Assembly (NCBI GenBank): GCA_030066155.1
Contig: JASJCE010000003.1
Coordinates: forward strand, 3,258-67,257
DNA: 64,000 nucleotides
DNA from: Desulfobacterales bacterium
GTDB taxonomy: Bacteria; Desulfobacterota; Desulfobacteria; Desulfobacterales; JAFDCJ01
Reading direction: 5' to 3'
The notes beneath the pieces were generated by a model. That model searched no databases and was not told the origin of the DNA. It was given only the letters and a program-made list of their open reading frames with translations. Positions 48,873 to 59,538 of the stretch are shown here, in pieces. A program made the translations under genes and the position numbers. Each line of letters begins with the position of its first letter. The first letter of the stretch is position 1.

Positions 48873-49670
48873 TTATAAAACAAATGAAAAAAGCCGTAAA
48901 ACCTCAAAATAGTCTTGCGATTCGAATAATACGGCGTGGGATCCTTTCAGCACGGCTCCCGGAAAAAACGATGCCTTGCGGGCGATGGCATGCTCCTTGT
49001 ATTTAATCTCCGCCGTAAACTTACCGGGCAGCGTCAGGTTGCATCTGGAGACATCTTCCTGTAAGGCGCGCTGCACACCGGCACTGATTTTTTCCAGAGC
49101 AAGATGCGGGTGGAGATTGATGCAGGCATTCCCAATCCCGCGCTTGACCGCCAGACTTCCAATCCCGGGTATCAGCTGCCCAGCCTCCTCGCATATGCCT
49201 TCATCACCAGATACGAAGACTAGGGGAACACCGACGAACGCGGCAGCGTATGCGTGAATTTGCAGCTCCGAGGCTTCCCTGCCGTTGATGCTGACACGGG
49301 CAATCTTGCCCGAGTTGGTGTGCGCCAGCGGATTCGCGTTGGATCCGGCACGGGAATGGTAGCCAATCATCAACAGGGCGGTAAAACTGTCATCCAGTTC
49401 CTGAACCATTGAAAACGGGTGTCCGCTCCAGCCCCGGATGAGACGCGTCTGTTTCGGCAATCGGGACGCAATCAGGTTGCGACCGGATGCATGGGCGTCC
49501 TTAATCCAAATTTCGGTGGCACCAACCTGCATGGCGCCTTCGCATGCGGCAACAACTTCAGCTGTCATTTGCTCACGGAATTCGGCATAATCCGGCTTTA
49601 GCCGGTCTGCCTCATCCCAATGCGTGACGCCGGTCACCCCTTCGATATCGGCGCTGATATAAATCTTCAT
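48873..49670 (-). CDS. dppA: D-aminopeptidase, M55 (DppA) family
   Basis: IYISADIEG, DAH, GYHS, LAHT, VSGD. Confidence 0.9.
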   Translation of the reverse strand: MKIYISADIEGVTGVTHWDEADRLKPDYAEFREQMTAEVVAACEGAMQVGATEIWIKDAHASGRNLIASRLPKQTRLIRGWSGHPFSMVQELDDSFTALLMIGYHSRAGSNANPLAHTNSGKIARVSINGREASELQIHAYAAAFVGVPLVFVSGDEGICEEAGQLIPGIGSLAVKRGIGNACINLHPHLALEKISAGVQRALQEDVSRCNLTLPGKFTAEIKYKEHAIARKASFFPGAVLKGSHAVLFESQDYFEVLRLFSFVL

Positions 49671-49869
49671 TCGCAATAACCTTTTGAGCTCGAATCCATA
49701 AAATAGTGTATAATTTTAAGCCGGCGAAGCCGGAAATGAAAATTGAAGATTGAAGCATTGTGGAATTCTATAGATCTTACTTATCCTCTCATTAATAAAG
49801 ATCGAATCAGGATATCGATACTCGAATCCTGCGCAAACATGATTTGATTTCGATAAAGTAGTTACTAAG

Positions 49870-49897
49870 CTTTTTCCGAGACTACGCTCGGAAAAAG
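49870..49897. terminator. Hairpin with U-tract potential on both strands
   Basis: CTTTTTCCGAG-ACTACG-CTCGGAAAAAG. Confidence 0.4.
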
Positions 49898-49947
49898 GGG
49901 CCCCTGCGGGGCAGCAAAATCGTAAACCGACCAACCACATAAATTTT

Positions 49948-50025
49948 AGGTGTCAGGTGTCAGGTTTCGGGTGTCAGGAAAGCGGATCGCGAAATCCTGA
50001 AACCTGAACACTGAAACCTGAAACC
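49948..50025. repeat. Heptamer inverted-repeat element
   Basis: (GGTGTCA/GGTTTCG)n facing (CTGAAAC)n; a related half-copy at ~10300-10323. Confidence 0.7.
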
Positions 50026-50032
50026 ATTTTAG

Positions 50033-50175
50033 TTCTGACAACATGTTGTCAGAAAAAGCCCGTTAAGGGCCTAAATCTGATTTTTACAAAAAACTATCTT
50101 AGGACGTTTTCCACTCAATTGGGGGTAATAATCAAAAAAATCCAAAACGTAATTTCTCCGCTGACAGCGCTGTCA
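50033..50175. promoter_or_regulatory. Two perfect TGACA..TGTCA palindromes, candidate operators
   Basis: TTCTGACAACATGTTGTCAGAA (50033-50054) and TGACAGCGCTGTCA (50162-50175). Confidence 0.45.
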
Positions 50176-50258
50176 AGCATTCAATGTGGTTAAGATGCTG
50201 ACCGCGAAGAACGACGTCATCTTTAAATAGGTGGCGGAGAAATTACCGGGGAGGAAAA

Positions 50259-50501
50259 ATGACGTTTGAAACTACTCGTGCTATTCTGGCCTGGTGTACA
50301 ACCATTAATCTGATCATTCTGCTGGTGTGGTTTGTGTTTTATGCCGTTGCCCGTGATTGGGCCTACCGGCTTCACAGCAAGTGGTTCAAATTGTCTGAGA
50401 ATCAATTTAATGTGATCCACTACTGCGGCATCGCGCTCTTTAAAATCGGATTCATATTGTTTAACCTGGTACCCTATCTGGCCATGCACATCGTTGGCTG
50501 A
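50259..50501 (+). CDS. DUF6868-like small membrane protein
   Basis: [21 protein letters not shown] pattern; GGAGG RBS. Confidence 0.75.
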   Translation: MTFETTRAILAWCTTINLIILLVWFVFYAVARDWAYRLHSKWFKLSENQFNVIHYCGIALFKIGFILFNLVPYLAMHIVG

Positions 50502-50566
50502 TTGCCGGATATTACCAACAAGCAAAGGATTTAAGTGCCGCCGAGAGGAATATAGCGGGAGGCAAA

Positions 50567-51634
50567 ATGAGAGAGTGGGTCCATCAAGCGATTCAAAAAA
50601 TCAATTCAGATTTCAACCGATCTTCGGACACCCATCTTATAAAACTGGATTTGCCGGCCGTTGACAGCGTCAGCCTTTACCTGAAAGATGAATCCACTCA
50701 CCCCACCGGCAGTTTGAAACACAGATTGGCGCGTTCTTTGTTTTTATATGGGTTATGCAATGGGTGGATTGGCGAAAACACGACCATTATAGAAGCGTCA
50801 TCGGGAAGTACCGCCGTCTCTGAGGCCTACTTTGCCAGATTGTTGAACCTGCCTTTCATTGCTGTGATTCCGAAGGGGACCTCCCAGCAAAAAATTGACA
50901 ATATTTCATTCTACGGCGGCGAATGCCGATTGGTTGAGCCCAAACAAATCTATTCCGAATCCAAGCGTCTGGCCAGCGAGTTAGGCGGACACTACATGGA
51001 CCAATTTACCTATGCCGAACAAGTGACGGACTGGCGCGGCAATAATAATATCGCCGATTCGATCTTTTGCCAGATGCAGGCAGAGGCTCATCCGGAACCG
51101 TCCTGGATCGTGCTGAGTGCCGGGACCGGCGGCACATCAGCCACCATCGGCCGGTATCTCAGATATAGAGGATATGACACCCAGCTTTGTATCGCCGATC
51201 CCGAAAACTCCGTCTTTTATGATTATTTCCAAAGTCGGGATCAGACATTGGAAATCGAAAAATCCTCTTGTGTAGAGGGCATTGGCAGGCCTCGGGTTGA
51301 GCCCTCATTTATACCCTCCGTTATTGATCGCGCCATCAAAGTGCCGGACGCCGCATCCTTCGCCACAATTCATTTTCTTGAAAAATTACTGAACAGAAAA
51401 TGCGGCGGCTCGACTGGGACCAATCTCTATGCCACCTTCCAGATAATTGCCGAACACAATCAACAGGGGCAAGCGGGAAGCGTTGTAACCCTGATCTGTG
51501 ATTCGGGTGACCGCTACTTGGATACCTACTATAACAAGTCCTGGTTGGACCGAAACGGATTTGACATAGACCCATATTTGCATCAGCTCGATGCCTTTTA
51601 CGAGAGCGGTGAAATGTCAGCGAGATTGACTTGA
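50567..51634 (+). CDS. PLP-dependent cysteine synthase-family protein, Cds1-type cysteine desulfhydrase
   Basis: [42 protein letters not shown]. Confidence 0.85.
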   Translation: MREWVHQAIQKINSDFNRSSDTHLIKLDLPAVDSVSLYLKDESTHPTGSLKHRLARSLFLYGLCNGWIGENTTIIEASSGSTAVSEAYFARLLNLPFIAVIPKGTSQQKIDNISFYGGECRLVEPKQIYSESKRLASELGGHYMDQFTYAEQVTDWRGNNNIADSIFCQMQAEAHPEPSWIVLSAGTGGTSATIGRYLRYRGYDTQLCIADPENSVFYDYFQSRDQTLEIEKSSCVEGIGRPRVEPSFIPSVIDRAIKVPDAASFATIHFLEKLLNRKCGGSTGTNLYATFQIIAEHNQQGQAGSVVTLICDSGDRYLDTYYNKSWLDRNGFDIDPYLHQLDAFYESGEMSARLT

Positions 51635-51782
51635 TTCGACTTTTTCAGCCGGGCATTCGACGACCTCAACCCTTGACCCTGTCGAAATTTAGAGTTAAGG
51701 ATAATTGCAATTTCGGCGCTGGATGGTAGAGACGTTTGTATACGCTAAAAGATAGAGCAATGTCGCTTTAGGGGAGTATCAT

Positions 51783-52283
51783 ATGGGCTTTGACAGGAAC
51801 AGGGACCCGGGAGACAAGCGGCCGACCTGGGATGAATACTTTGTTGAAATGGCCGATGCGGTTTCGAAGAGAGCCACCTGTGACCGGGGCAAAAGCGGCT
51901 GTGTTATTGTGCGGGACAAACAATTGCTGGTATCCGGATATGTTGGCTCCCCGATGGGGTTTCCCCATTGCGATGAAGTCGGTCACCAGATGAAAAAGGT
52001 CACCCACGAAGACGGCACCACTACGGATCATTGCATGCGAACCATTCATGCCGAGCAAAATGCGATCTGCCAGGCCGCCAAACTCGGCATATCCATCAAC
52101 GGTGCCACAATTTATACCCGCATGACACCCTGCCGGACATGCGCCATGCTGATTATCAACTGTGGCATCAAGCGCGTCGTCTGCGAGCGCAAGTACCATG
52201 CCGGACAGGAGTCGGAAGAAATGTTCAGGACGGCCGGTGTTCAACTCGACTACCAGTACGATGAACTGCAAGAGTATGCCTGA
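51783..52283 (+). CDS. dCMP deaminase (ComEB family)
   Basis: RPTWDEYF, HAEQNA, PCRTC. Confidence 0.92.
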   Translation: MGFDRNRDPGDKRPTWDEYFVEMADAVSKRATCDRGKSGCVIVRDKQLLVSGYVGSPMGFPHCDEVGHQMKKVTHEDGTTTDHCMRTIHAEQNAICQAAKLGISINGATIYTRMTPCRTCAMLIINCGIKRVVCERKYHAGQESEEMFRTAGVQLDYQYDELQEYA

Positions 52284-52301
52284 GATTGGATTTAAGAGGT
52301 G

Positions 52302-53108
52302 ATGACCGATAATAAATTTAAGATCTTGATTGAAGTGGTGCCGCCGGCCGGTCCCGATGCCGCGTTGCTGCTCGATGCATTGAAACCGTTGATCGGTCTA
52401 TCCTTCGAGGCCTTCAGCATCGCCACCAATCCCGTCGCCAAACCACGCATGAGTGCCATGGCACTGTGTAAGCTGCTGCAGCAAAAAACCGGAAAGCCGG
52501 CAATCCTGCACTGCACCACCCGCGACCACAACCGCCTGAGCCTTCAGGGTATGCTTTGGGGGGCACGTGCCCTGGGGATCGAGACCGTATTGATTACCTC
52601 CGGCGACTTCGTCGCCTTAGGCGATCGATCGCACACCACCACCGTGCGTGATCTGGATGTATTCGATTTGGTCGGCATGGCATGCGAGACCAAGCTGCGC
52701 ACCGGTGTTGCATTCGACCCGCATCCGGAATCAAATGGGTTGGAAGCGGCTGTCCGCAGGCTGGAGCGCAAGATTGATGCCGGAGCCCAATTTGCAGTAA
52801 CTCAACCGATATACGATGAGGGGGGTTGCGATCAGTTATACGAAGCTACGCGGCACATCGAGATACCGATCATCCTCGGGATACTGCCGCTTCGGACAGC
52901 GCGCCACGCCGAGTTTCTGCACAACAAAGTCGCCGGCATTGCCGTGCCGGAGCAAGTTCGCCAACGGATGCAGCGTGCCGTTGATCCGGTTGCGGAAGGT
53001 GCGGCCAATGCCGGCGAGATGCTGGCAATTGCACGCGAGCGATTTGCCGGTGCCTGTCTGATGCCGCCTTTCGATCATTATGAGGTATTGTTTGATATCC
53101 TAAATTAG
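52302..53108 (+). CDS. Methylenetetrahydrofolate reductase-family protein
   Basis: EVVPP, HCTTRDHN, SGD, KIDAGAQFAVTQP. Confidence 0.85.
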   Translation: MTDNKFKILIEVVPPAGPDAALLLDALKPLIGLSFEAFSIATNPVAKPRMSAMALCKLLQQKTGKPAILHCTTRDHNRLSLQGMLWGARALGIETVLITSGDFVALGDRSHTTTVRDLDVFDLVGMACETKLRTGVAFDPHPESNGLEAAVRRLERKIDAGAQFAVTQPIYDEGGCDQLYEATRHIEIPIILGILPLRTARHAEFLHNKVAGIAVPEQVRQRMQRAVDPVAEGAANAGEMLAIARERFAGACLMPPFDHYEVLFDILN

Positions 53109-55360
53109 GATGCCTTCAAATTCTGCATGAAGGCCAGATCCTGCTGACTCCGGTCAGCCATGCGGGCTTCAACCTTCGCCTTATCCAGCCCCATCAAAAT
53201 CTTATAGGCATTGTATTTTGTCTTGCAGAAGTAGATGTCAAATGGATCCTGCCGGTTGTCTTCGCGGTAAATCCGAATGCCGGGAACTTCATCCTGCTGG
53301 ATATACTCATTTTCGGCATTGATCAGCAAGGGCTCCACGTCCTTTTTATTAAGCCAGGGAATACAGGCGCCTTCCATGCCCAGGAGCGGATCCATAATGG
53401 ATCGGAGTTTTTCGGTTACGCCGCCCACCGCCAGAATGATCGAGCCGGTTAAGGAGCCCGTTACGCCAAAGCGTTGGTTTACAGGTTGTTTGATGAAATC
53501 CGATATAAGGGCGATATCCATCGCCACGGAGGCACTATCTCCTTCTACGCCTCCATGGGCTTGAATATATTCCACATACATCTCATATCCGACATACGGA
53601 GCACCGATATTGGTCAGAACTTTTTTAATGGAGGCCCGGACGTTTTGTGCGGCAGCCTTGGCAATATCACCAATTTTCCCGGGGGCGACAACGGTGTCGG
53701 CATTGCCGACATTGATCTGGCAGTGAATCGGCAGCGGCTGTCCGTGCATTTGTCCGCTGGACTTCGAATGGATAACCGCCAGGCCGACGACATACCCGAT
53801 GGAATCGGTCATGGAGCTGATATATTTTTTTAAATATTTTTTGTGCTCACCAATTTCCTTTGAAAAGCCGCCCTCCAGACTGAGATGCTCCTGCAGGGCA
53901 TTGCGCACGTGCACCGGTTCAACCAGCTGTGCATTGTCCATCACCGCCTCGAACTCGGCAGATTTGATAATCCCGTTGATGGGCCGTAGGATACTGCTCA
54001 ATTTTCCATCCGATGCCCGGCAGCGGAGCTCCTTGGCAATTTCCAGTACGGCGGCCTTGGAAAATTCCCGCGCGGTAAGCTTGAACCCCTGGGGCAACCG
54101 CCGGCCGTAAATGTGCTCGCTGCGTTTTTTGACGCTCTCGTACCCCTCCCTCTCGATCACTTCTCCCCAGGCGTCGTGAAATTCATCTGCTAGATTGTCG
54201 ACCTCCTGTTTGACATACTGGGCAATCTGTTTGACGTTTTCAGGGGTTTCGGGCACGGCACTTTCCATCTGGATGATTTCGCCTTTGTCTTCGATTCGGC
54301 TCAGAAAAGCGCCGTCCCCCTCTTCCTGCAGATACTGCAGGGTATCATGGTTGCAGCAGGCAACGATGATGTTGTCGGCTTTCAGATGGTTTTCCGATCG
54401 ATCCGCTGCGCCGCTGCCGGTACTGCGGCCGCCCTCGAGGATGTACTCCTTGTTCTGCATAATCTCCAGCAAATCAGCCATGTAACCCACTTTAATCAAG
54501 GTCTTCAATTCGTCGATATAGATAATCGGCGACTTGGCGTGGGCTCCCAGATAGGCCCGCTTGTGGCAGGGAGTGTGAAGATTGCCAGATTGATAGGGAT
54601 CGTGACGAAAACCGCCTTTCATATTCCGGGCACTGGGCTCGGACACCCGCGCCATCAGATCTTTGTCCTTGCGGGGATCGTACAAAATTTCCGGCACCAG
54701 ATCCTGCAGGTGCTTGACATCGTTTTGATTGCCGGCATGGGTTTCACGCTGAATTTTTTCCTGGGCCCGGTGATTGTTCTCCTGCATGTACATGAAGATG
54801 GACCCCATTCCGGTCAGACCGGCAGCGATAAACGCCGGCGGAAAGAAGAAACCCGCTCCAACGCTCAGGAACGTGGCCGTAACCAGCGCGACTTTGACTC
54901 TCCGGGCCGATTGTATCTGATCCGTTAAATTAAATTCATCCAGGTTGTTTCTGGCAACCTCGATGGCCGCCCGAATATCCGATAACACGCTATCGGCCCT
55001 GGCCGGAGTCTCATAGGCAAAACGAATATGATTGCGGTCTTTTCCCGGATAGGCCACAACGGAATGTTTGGGCCTCAAATAATCGCCAATGGATTTTTCC
55101 AGAACCTCTTTAAACATGTTGGCCAGCATCGATTTTCCGGTTCCCGGGCGGCCAACCATCAGGATGTGACCTTTATTCTGGGCAATTTTCCGAATCGCCC
55201 GTTTGGCACGGTCCTGGAAGATGACGCATTCGATAGGGTCCAGGGGAAGGTTTATCTGTGACGTATCGCGGAAACTACCGAGGTTGGTTTCCAGATTTGC
55301 AGGATAGTCCAGCAACTCCTTGATCCATAGGTAGTCATTTTCTTTATAGTCATTATCCAT
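53105..55360 (-). CDS. Membrane-anchored LonB-type ATP-dependent protease
   Basis: GRPGTGKS, TM hairpin inside the AAA domain, IYIDEL, GVEGDSASVA (catalytic Ser), GGVTEK (catalytic Lys); start at MDNDY overlaps the upstream stop. Confidence 0.85.
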   Translation of the reverse strand: MDNDYKENDYLWIKELLDYPANLETNLGSFRDTSQINLPLDPIECVIFQDRAKRAIRKIAQNKGHILMVGRPGTGKSMLANMFKEVLEKSIGDYLRPKHSVVAYPGKDRNHIRFAYETPARADSVLSDIRAAIEVARNNLDEFNLTDQIQSARRVKVALVTATFLSVGAGFFFPPAFIAAGLTGMGSIFMYMQENNHRAQEKIQRETHAGNQNDVKHLQDLVPEILYDPRKDKDLMARVSEPSARNMKGGFRHDPYQSGNLHTPCHKRAYLGAHAKSPIIYIDELKTLIKVGYMADLLEIMQNKEYILEGGRSTGSGAADRSENHLKADNIIVACCNHDTLQYLQEEGDGAFLSRIEDKGEIIQMESAVPETPENVKQIAQYVKQEVDNLADEFHDAWGEVIEREGYESVKKRSEHIYGRRLPQGFKLTAREFSKAAVLEIAKELRCRASDGKLSSILRPINGIIKSAEFEAVMDNAQLVEPVHVRNALQEHLSLEGGFSKEIGEHKKYLKKYISSMTDSIGYVVGLAVIHSKSSGQMHGQPLPIHCQINVGNADTVVAPGKIGDIAKAAAQNVRASIKKVLTNIGAPYVGYEMYVEYIQAHGGVEGDSASVAMDIALISDFIKQPVNQRFGVTGSLTGSIILAVGGVTEKLRSIMDPLLGMEGACIPWLNKKDVEPLLINAENEYIQQDEVPGIRIYREDNRQDPFDIYFCKTKYNAYKILMGLDKAKVEARMADRSQQDLAFMQNLKAS

Positions 55361-56546
55361 TGTTGTATCCATTGATGGAATCCAGGACGTAGTACTGCCC
55401 GGTTTCTGTTGCAAATCCGTGCTTCGCGACTGAATCGTAAACCCGTGGCAGATTCTTGCGCAGCGGTTCAAGCGCTCGCAAATCATGTAGTACCGAGATG
55501 TGGGTGTACATGCGATCGTTATGCCCGTCTGTCGCCAGCAAATAATTCAGTGATATTCCAATTTGCAGGTAATTCAGGATCGGTTTGATCAGGTTCCGAT
55601 GGTTGGACCTGAGGTTGTGAGTCTTGAGAACATCCTGATAGATGGTCGGGAGCGGAGACTTGGAATAATCGATTTCCAGTTTTTTGTTGAAGAACAGCTT
55701 GACCGGATTTGCCTGGCCGCTGGTGCACAGCTCAAAGGCCTCGCTCAAACCTGGATTGGCCTTCAGGGAGTGTTCAAGCAGCAGCATGTGCTTGAGCAGA
55801 TGCATGTTGACGATGTAAAAGTCGACTTTGTTTTGACGGGTCAGAACGCAGGCTTTTTGAATACCGCCGCTGTTGTAGATGCAGAGTCGGTATACTTCCG
55901 ATGGATCATATGACTTGAAATCATATCCGCGCAACTCGTACAGGCCATCATCGACATAGGCCTTGTTGAGAATAACGCCGACATCTTTGGTTATATGGTT
56001 ATTGAGATATTTGATCTTTTCCTCGATGCTGCCCTGCAGTTTCAAATAAGAATAGTTGCCGCCCACATCTTCGCAGATGCCGACAATTTGAAAAATATTG
56101 TGCGGATCCAGACTGGCCAATCTTTTGGTTACCGAATCGTATGACTTGAGCTGGTCGTATATGTGGTTTAAATGTGCATTGAATTCAGGGTCATTCATGG
56201 CCGGAAGGCGCAACTTGTACCGCGAAACAACCACTTCCGGTGCGAAGGGCCCGCCTCTCTTGCGTCGCTTGAATGACGCGGGCAGCATTCGATAAATCGA
56301 TCTGCGAATTTTATCCAGTTTACTCTGCCGGTAATGAATTTCACCGCCGATTAATTTCTTTTTGACCTCTATCGAATTCGGATTCAGCAGATACCGGCCG
56401 AGAGCGGATATATTATACTCCCTGACCAGATCATCCACCGATTCCTCAAACACCCCGGTCAGATCCAAATCAGAAGGGGGACATTCGGAAATAATCCATA
56501 TCAATTTACGATGCAATGCTACATTGGGGTCGCAAGTATTTGGCAA
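55353..56546 (-). CDS. Hypothetical protein, translationally coupled to the LonB-like gene
   Basis: 397 aa ORF, AAGGAAG RBS with TTG start, 8-bp overlap with the next gene. Confidence 0.75.
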   Translation of the reverse strand: MPNTCDPNVALHRKLIWIISECPPSDLDLTGVFEESVDDLVREYNISALGRYLLNPNSIEVKKKLIGGEIHYRQSKLDKIRRSIYRMLPASFKRRKRGGPFAPEVVVSRYKLRLPAMNDPEFNAHLNHIYDQLKSYDSVTKRLASLDPHNIFQIVGICEDVGGNYSYLKLQGSIEEKIKYLNNHITKDVGVILNKAYVDDGLYELRGYDFKSYDPSEVYRLCIYNSGGIQKACVLTRQNKVDFYIVNMHLLKHMLLLEHSLKANPGLSEAFELCTSGQANPVKLFFNKKLEIDYSKSPLPTIYQDVLKTHNLRSNHRNLIKPILNYLQIGISLNYLLATDGHNDRMYTHISVLHDLRALEPLRKNLPRVYDSVAKHGFATETGQYYVLDSINGYNNG

Positions 56547-56739
56547 GGCCGATCTTCCTTTGTGTCCGATTTGAGATTAGCTTCGGAACTGCCCAAAAGT
56601 CGTATCAAAGTATTGAGATCATCATATTATGACGACAGTCCCGATCGTGTCGTTTGAATGTTTGGGAAGTGCGCGCGCATGGCGGTTCGAAAAACCGTAT
56701 CCGCCCTCTCCAACCAACTGTTTGGGCATATCTGAATCT

Positions 56740-56766
56740 ATATCGGTAATTTTATAATATTCTTGA
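56740..56766 (-). promoter_or_regulatory. Putative sigma28 promoter
   Basis: TCAAG-N14-ACCGATAT on minus strand. Confidence 0.45.
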
Positions 56767-56920
56767 AAAAAGGTCCAGTTATACCGGTTTTCGGATAGGG
56801 TTTCGGTTTGATTCGGCGATCAATGGAGTAGCTGTTTTAATTTGAAAAACCATTGCAGTCTGTGGTAGGAAAGAATCCGAAACGGACTGATTTGGATTTT
56901 TAGCGACCGATTTTCGAAAA

Positions 56921-58183
56921 ATGGCTGAAATTACACCTTTTAGAGCGTGGAGATACAATTCAGCGTTGATGAAAAATATCGGCGAGCTGACCTCGCCGCT
57001 ATTTGACGTAGCGTCCGAAAAGCAGAAAGCCATTTTGTACGATAATCCACACAACAGCATCCACCTTTCGATTCCATCCGGAGCATGCCCGTCCGAAAAT
57101 GCCGCCCGGACATTGATAAAATGGCGCGAGACGGGATGTCTCCAGCGCGATTCCAAATCCGCAGTCTATGTGTATTATCAGTTTTTTAACCTGCCGGGTG
57201 ATCCCAACCCATATTGCCGCAAAGGATTCATATGCAAGATCCGCATCCATGACTGGAATGAAAATGTAATTCTACGGCATGAGAACACCATGCCGCGATC
57301 GGTCAATGAACAGGTTAAATTGCTGGCCGCAATCCGCTTGAACGTCAGTCCAACCCATGGACTGTATACCGACGAGTCCTTCGAGCTTGAAGATTTAATG
57401 GATCAGAGCATGCGGCAGCCCATCTGTAAAATTGAAAACTATCAGGGCACATGCGATGCACTAAGTGTCATCCACGACCCCCGGATAATTGATCGTTTTG
57501 TATCCGTGATGGCCGCCAAGCAGGTAATCCTGGCAGACGGACACCACCGCTATGCAGGTTCGCTGGCATACATGAAACAGCAGGCCAGGGCCAATCCGAC
57601 CCACAATGGCCTGGAGCGCTACAATTACCATTTAATCTGGCTGACCAACACTGAAGCGCAAGATTTGAAGATTCTGCCGACCCATCGTTTAATAAAGAAT
57701 TTGAGGCATTTTGATGAAGATGCCATCGTTGAGATGCTCGACCGGTATTTCATTGTCAAGCCGGTTCAAAATCCTGACCACATGCAGGAAATCATTGCCG
57801 GCAAAAAGTGGACTTTCGGACTTATTTTCAAGGACAATGCCTTTCAAATCAGTTTAAAGCCCGATGTTCACCACGGGATGAGATGGAATTTCCCGGCCAA
57901 GATCAAGTCTCTGGATCTTACGATACTGCACTACTTTGTGATTCAGGAAATGCTGGGAATCGATGGCAAGGATCAAAGTAATTCGCAATCAATCGAATAC
58001 GAAAGAAGTTTCGCTGCCTGCTTGAACAAAGTGCTCCAGGGGAATTGCCAGTTAGCCTTGATTACCAATGAAGTGTCGATTGCTGATGTGAAAGCGGTAT
58101 GCGGCAGCGGGTGCACCCTGCCCCAGAAATCTACTTTTTTTTGGCCCAAAGTGGTCTGCGGTTTTGTTTTCAGTTCACTCTAA
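56921..58183 (+). CDS. DUF1015 family protein
   Basis: ITPFRAWRY, HENT, ADGHHRY, LPTHR, PQKSTFFWPK. Confidence 0.88.
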   Translation: MAEITPFRAWRYNSALMKNIGELTSPLFDVASEKQKAILYDNPHNSIHLSIPSGACPSENAARTLIKWRETGCLQRDSKSAVYVYYQFFNLPGDPNPYCRKGFICKIRIHDWNENVILRHENTMPRSVNEQVKLLAAIRLNVSPTHGLYTDESFELEDLMDQSMRQPICKIENYQGTCDALSVIHDPRIIDRFVSVMAAKQVILADGHHRYAGSLAYMKQQARANPTHNGLERYNYHLIWLTNTEAQDLKILPTHRLIKNLRHFDEDAIVEMLDRYFIVKPVQNPDHMQEIIAGKKWTFGLIFKDNAFQISLKPDVHHGMRWNFPAKIKSLDLTILHYFVIQEMLGIDGKDQSNSQSIEYERSFAACLNKVLQGNCQLALITNEVSIADVKAVCGSGCTLPQKSTFFWPKVVCGFVFSSL

Positions 58184-58312
58184 TTGCCTTCATCTGTCGC
58201 CGGAATAACTGAAACGAATAAAAAGGCACGACCGCTGCCGGGAAATTTAGGCTGTCGGTTTACTTCCGCAAAGATACCGGCGACTGATGAAAGGCGTTAG
58301 TGAGGTCATGCA

Positions 58313-59221
58313 ATGAAACATTTGCCTTTACTGATCAGCATAGGGATCGTCTTGCTGATTCCGCCGGCTGCGGCCATCACACCCGAAAAGGCTCGAAAAG
58401 AGTTGGCTCAGGAAAACATCCCCTACACAGCCGAAGCCATGTTAAACGAAATTGAGAAAGGCAATACCGAAATCGTTGGCTGGTTTCTGGCTATTGGAAT
58501 GGATGTCAACGCCAGAAATGAATTCGGAGAAACCGGTTTGATGTTGGCCGCCGAGCATGGCAACCTTGAGATTGCCAGGCTGCTGTTGAATCGCCATGCC
58601 GATGTCAATGCAAAAGATCTGGCTTTGAGAACCGCTCTGATGAACGCAGCCCGCAACGGGCGGCTGAAGGTTGTACGCTTGCTGTTGGCCAGCGGGGCTT
58701 CGGTAAACGAAGTCTCCCAGTGGAAAAACACCGCCCTGCATGAAGCGTGCATGAACGGGCATTTTGCAACGGTCCGGGAATTGCTGAACGCCCGCGCCGC
58801 GATATCTATTTTCAACAATGCCGGCCACTCTGCTCTCATCGAATCGGTCATCGAAGGCCGGGAAAGTATTGTACGGCTTTTGATTTCAGAAGGAGCAGAT
58901 GTCAATGGCAGGGATTTAAGCGGTTTCTCAATTGGGGAAACACCGCTGATCGTGGCGGCCGCAAAGGGCGAGGTCAGTATCGCGGCGCTGTTGATTGCCA
59001 AAGGCGCCCGAGTAAATTTGAAAACCAAAGATGGTCAAACTGCCCTGATCTACGCCGCCAGGTCTCCCGAAGACCGCAGCGAGATTGCCAGACTATTGAT
59101 CGATAATGGGGCCGATATAAATGCCAAAGACAAAATGGAGATGACGGCCCTGGCCTACGCCCTGAAAAAACGTGACCTGGCCCTTTTCCGAATCCTGATG
59201 GAGGCGGGGGCGAAGGAATGA
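58313..59221 (+). CDS. Secreted ankyrin-repeat protein
   Basis: Signal peptide; repeated G.TAL..AA..G...IV.LLL..GADVN. Confidence 0.93.
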   Translation: MKHLPLLISIGIVLLIPPAAAITPEKARKELAQENIPYTAEAMLNEIEKGNTEIVGWFLAIGMDVNARNEFGETGLMLAAEHGNLEIARLLLNRHADVNAKDLALRTALMNAARNGRLKVVRLLLASGASVNEVSQWKNTALHEACMNGHFATVRELLNARAAISIFNNAGHSALIESVIEGRESIVRLLISEGADVNGRDLSGFSIGETPLIVAAAKGEVSIAALLIAKGARVNLKTKDGQTALIYAARSPEDRSEIARLLIDNGADINAKDKMEMTALAYALKKRDLALFRILMEAGAKE

Positions 59222-59538
59222 GGCGATTTTGGATTTTAGCCTCCGGCCCGGAGGTTCCTTATGGGCCTACGCTCCGGAGGAATTGCGGATTTTGGATTGC
59301 GAAAACAAGAGAAGGTGAGAAGGTCAGAAGTTCGGAAGACCGGGGGTTATCCAAGTGTCGCAGCAAGAACGTTATATTCGATATTACAAGATAGAGTGCT
59401 TCGATTTTGGAGTGCGGAATTAAACTTATGATAAAACGCGAAGCGAAATATAATTAATCCGCGGATGCCCATCTCACGCAATGCTTTGGCTCTCTAAAAA
59501 TAAATGACAACCAGGCAGTTAATCTATTTTCGGGCGGA

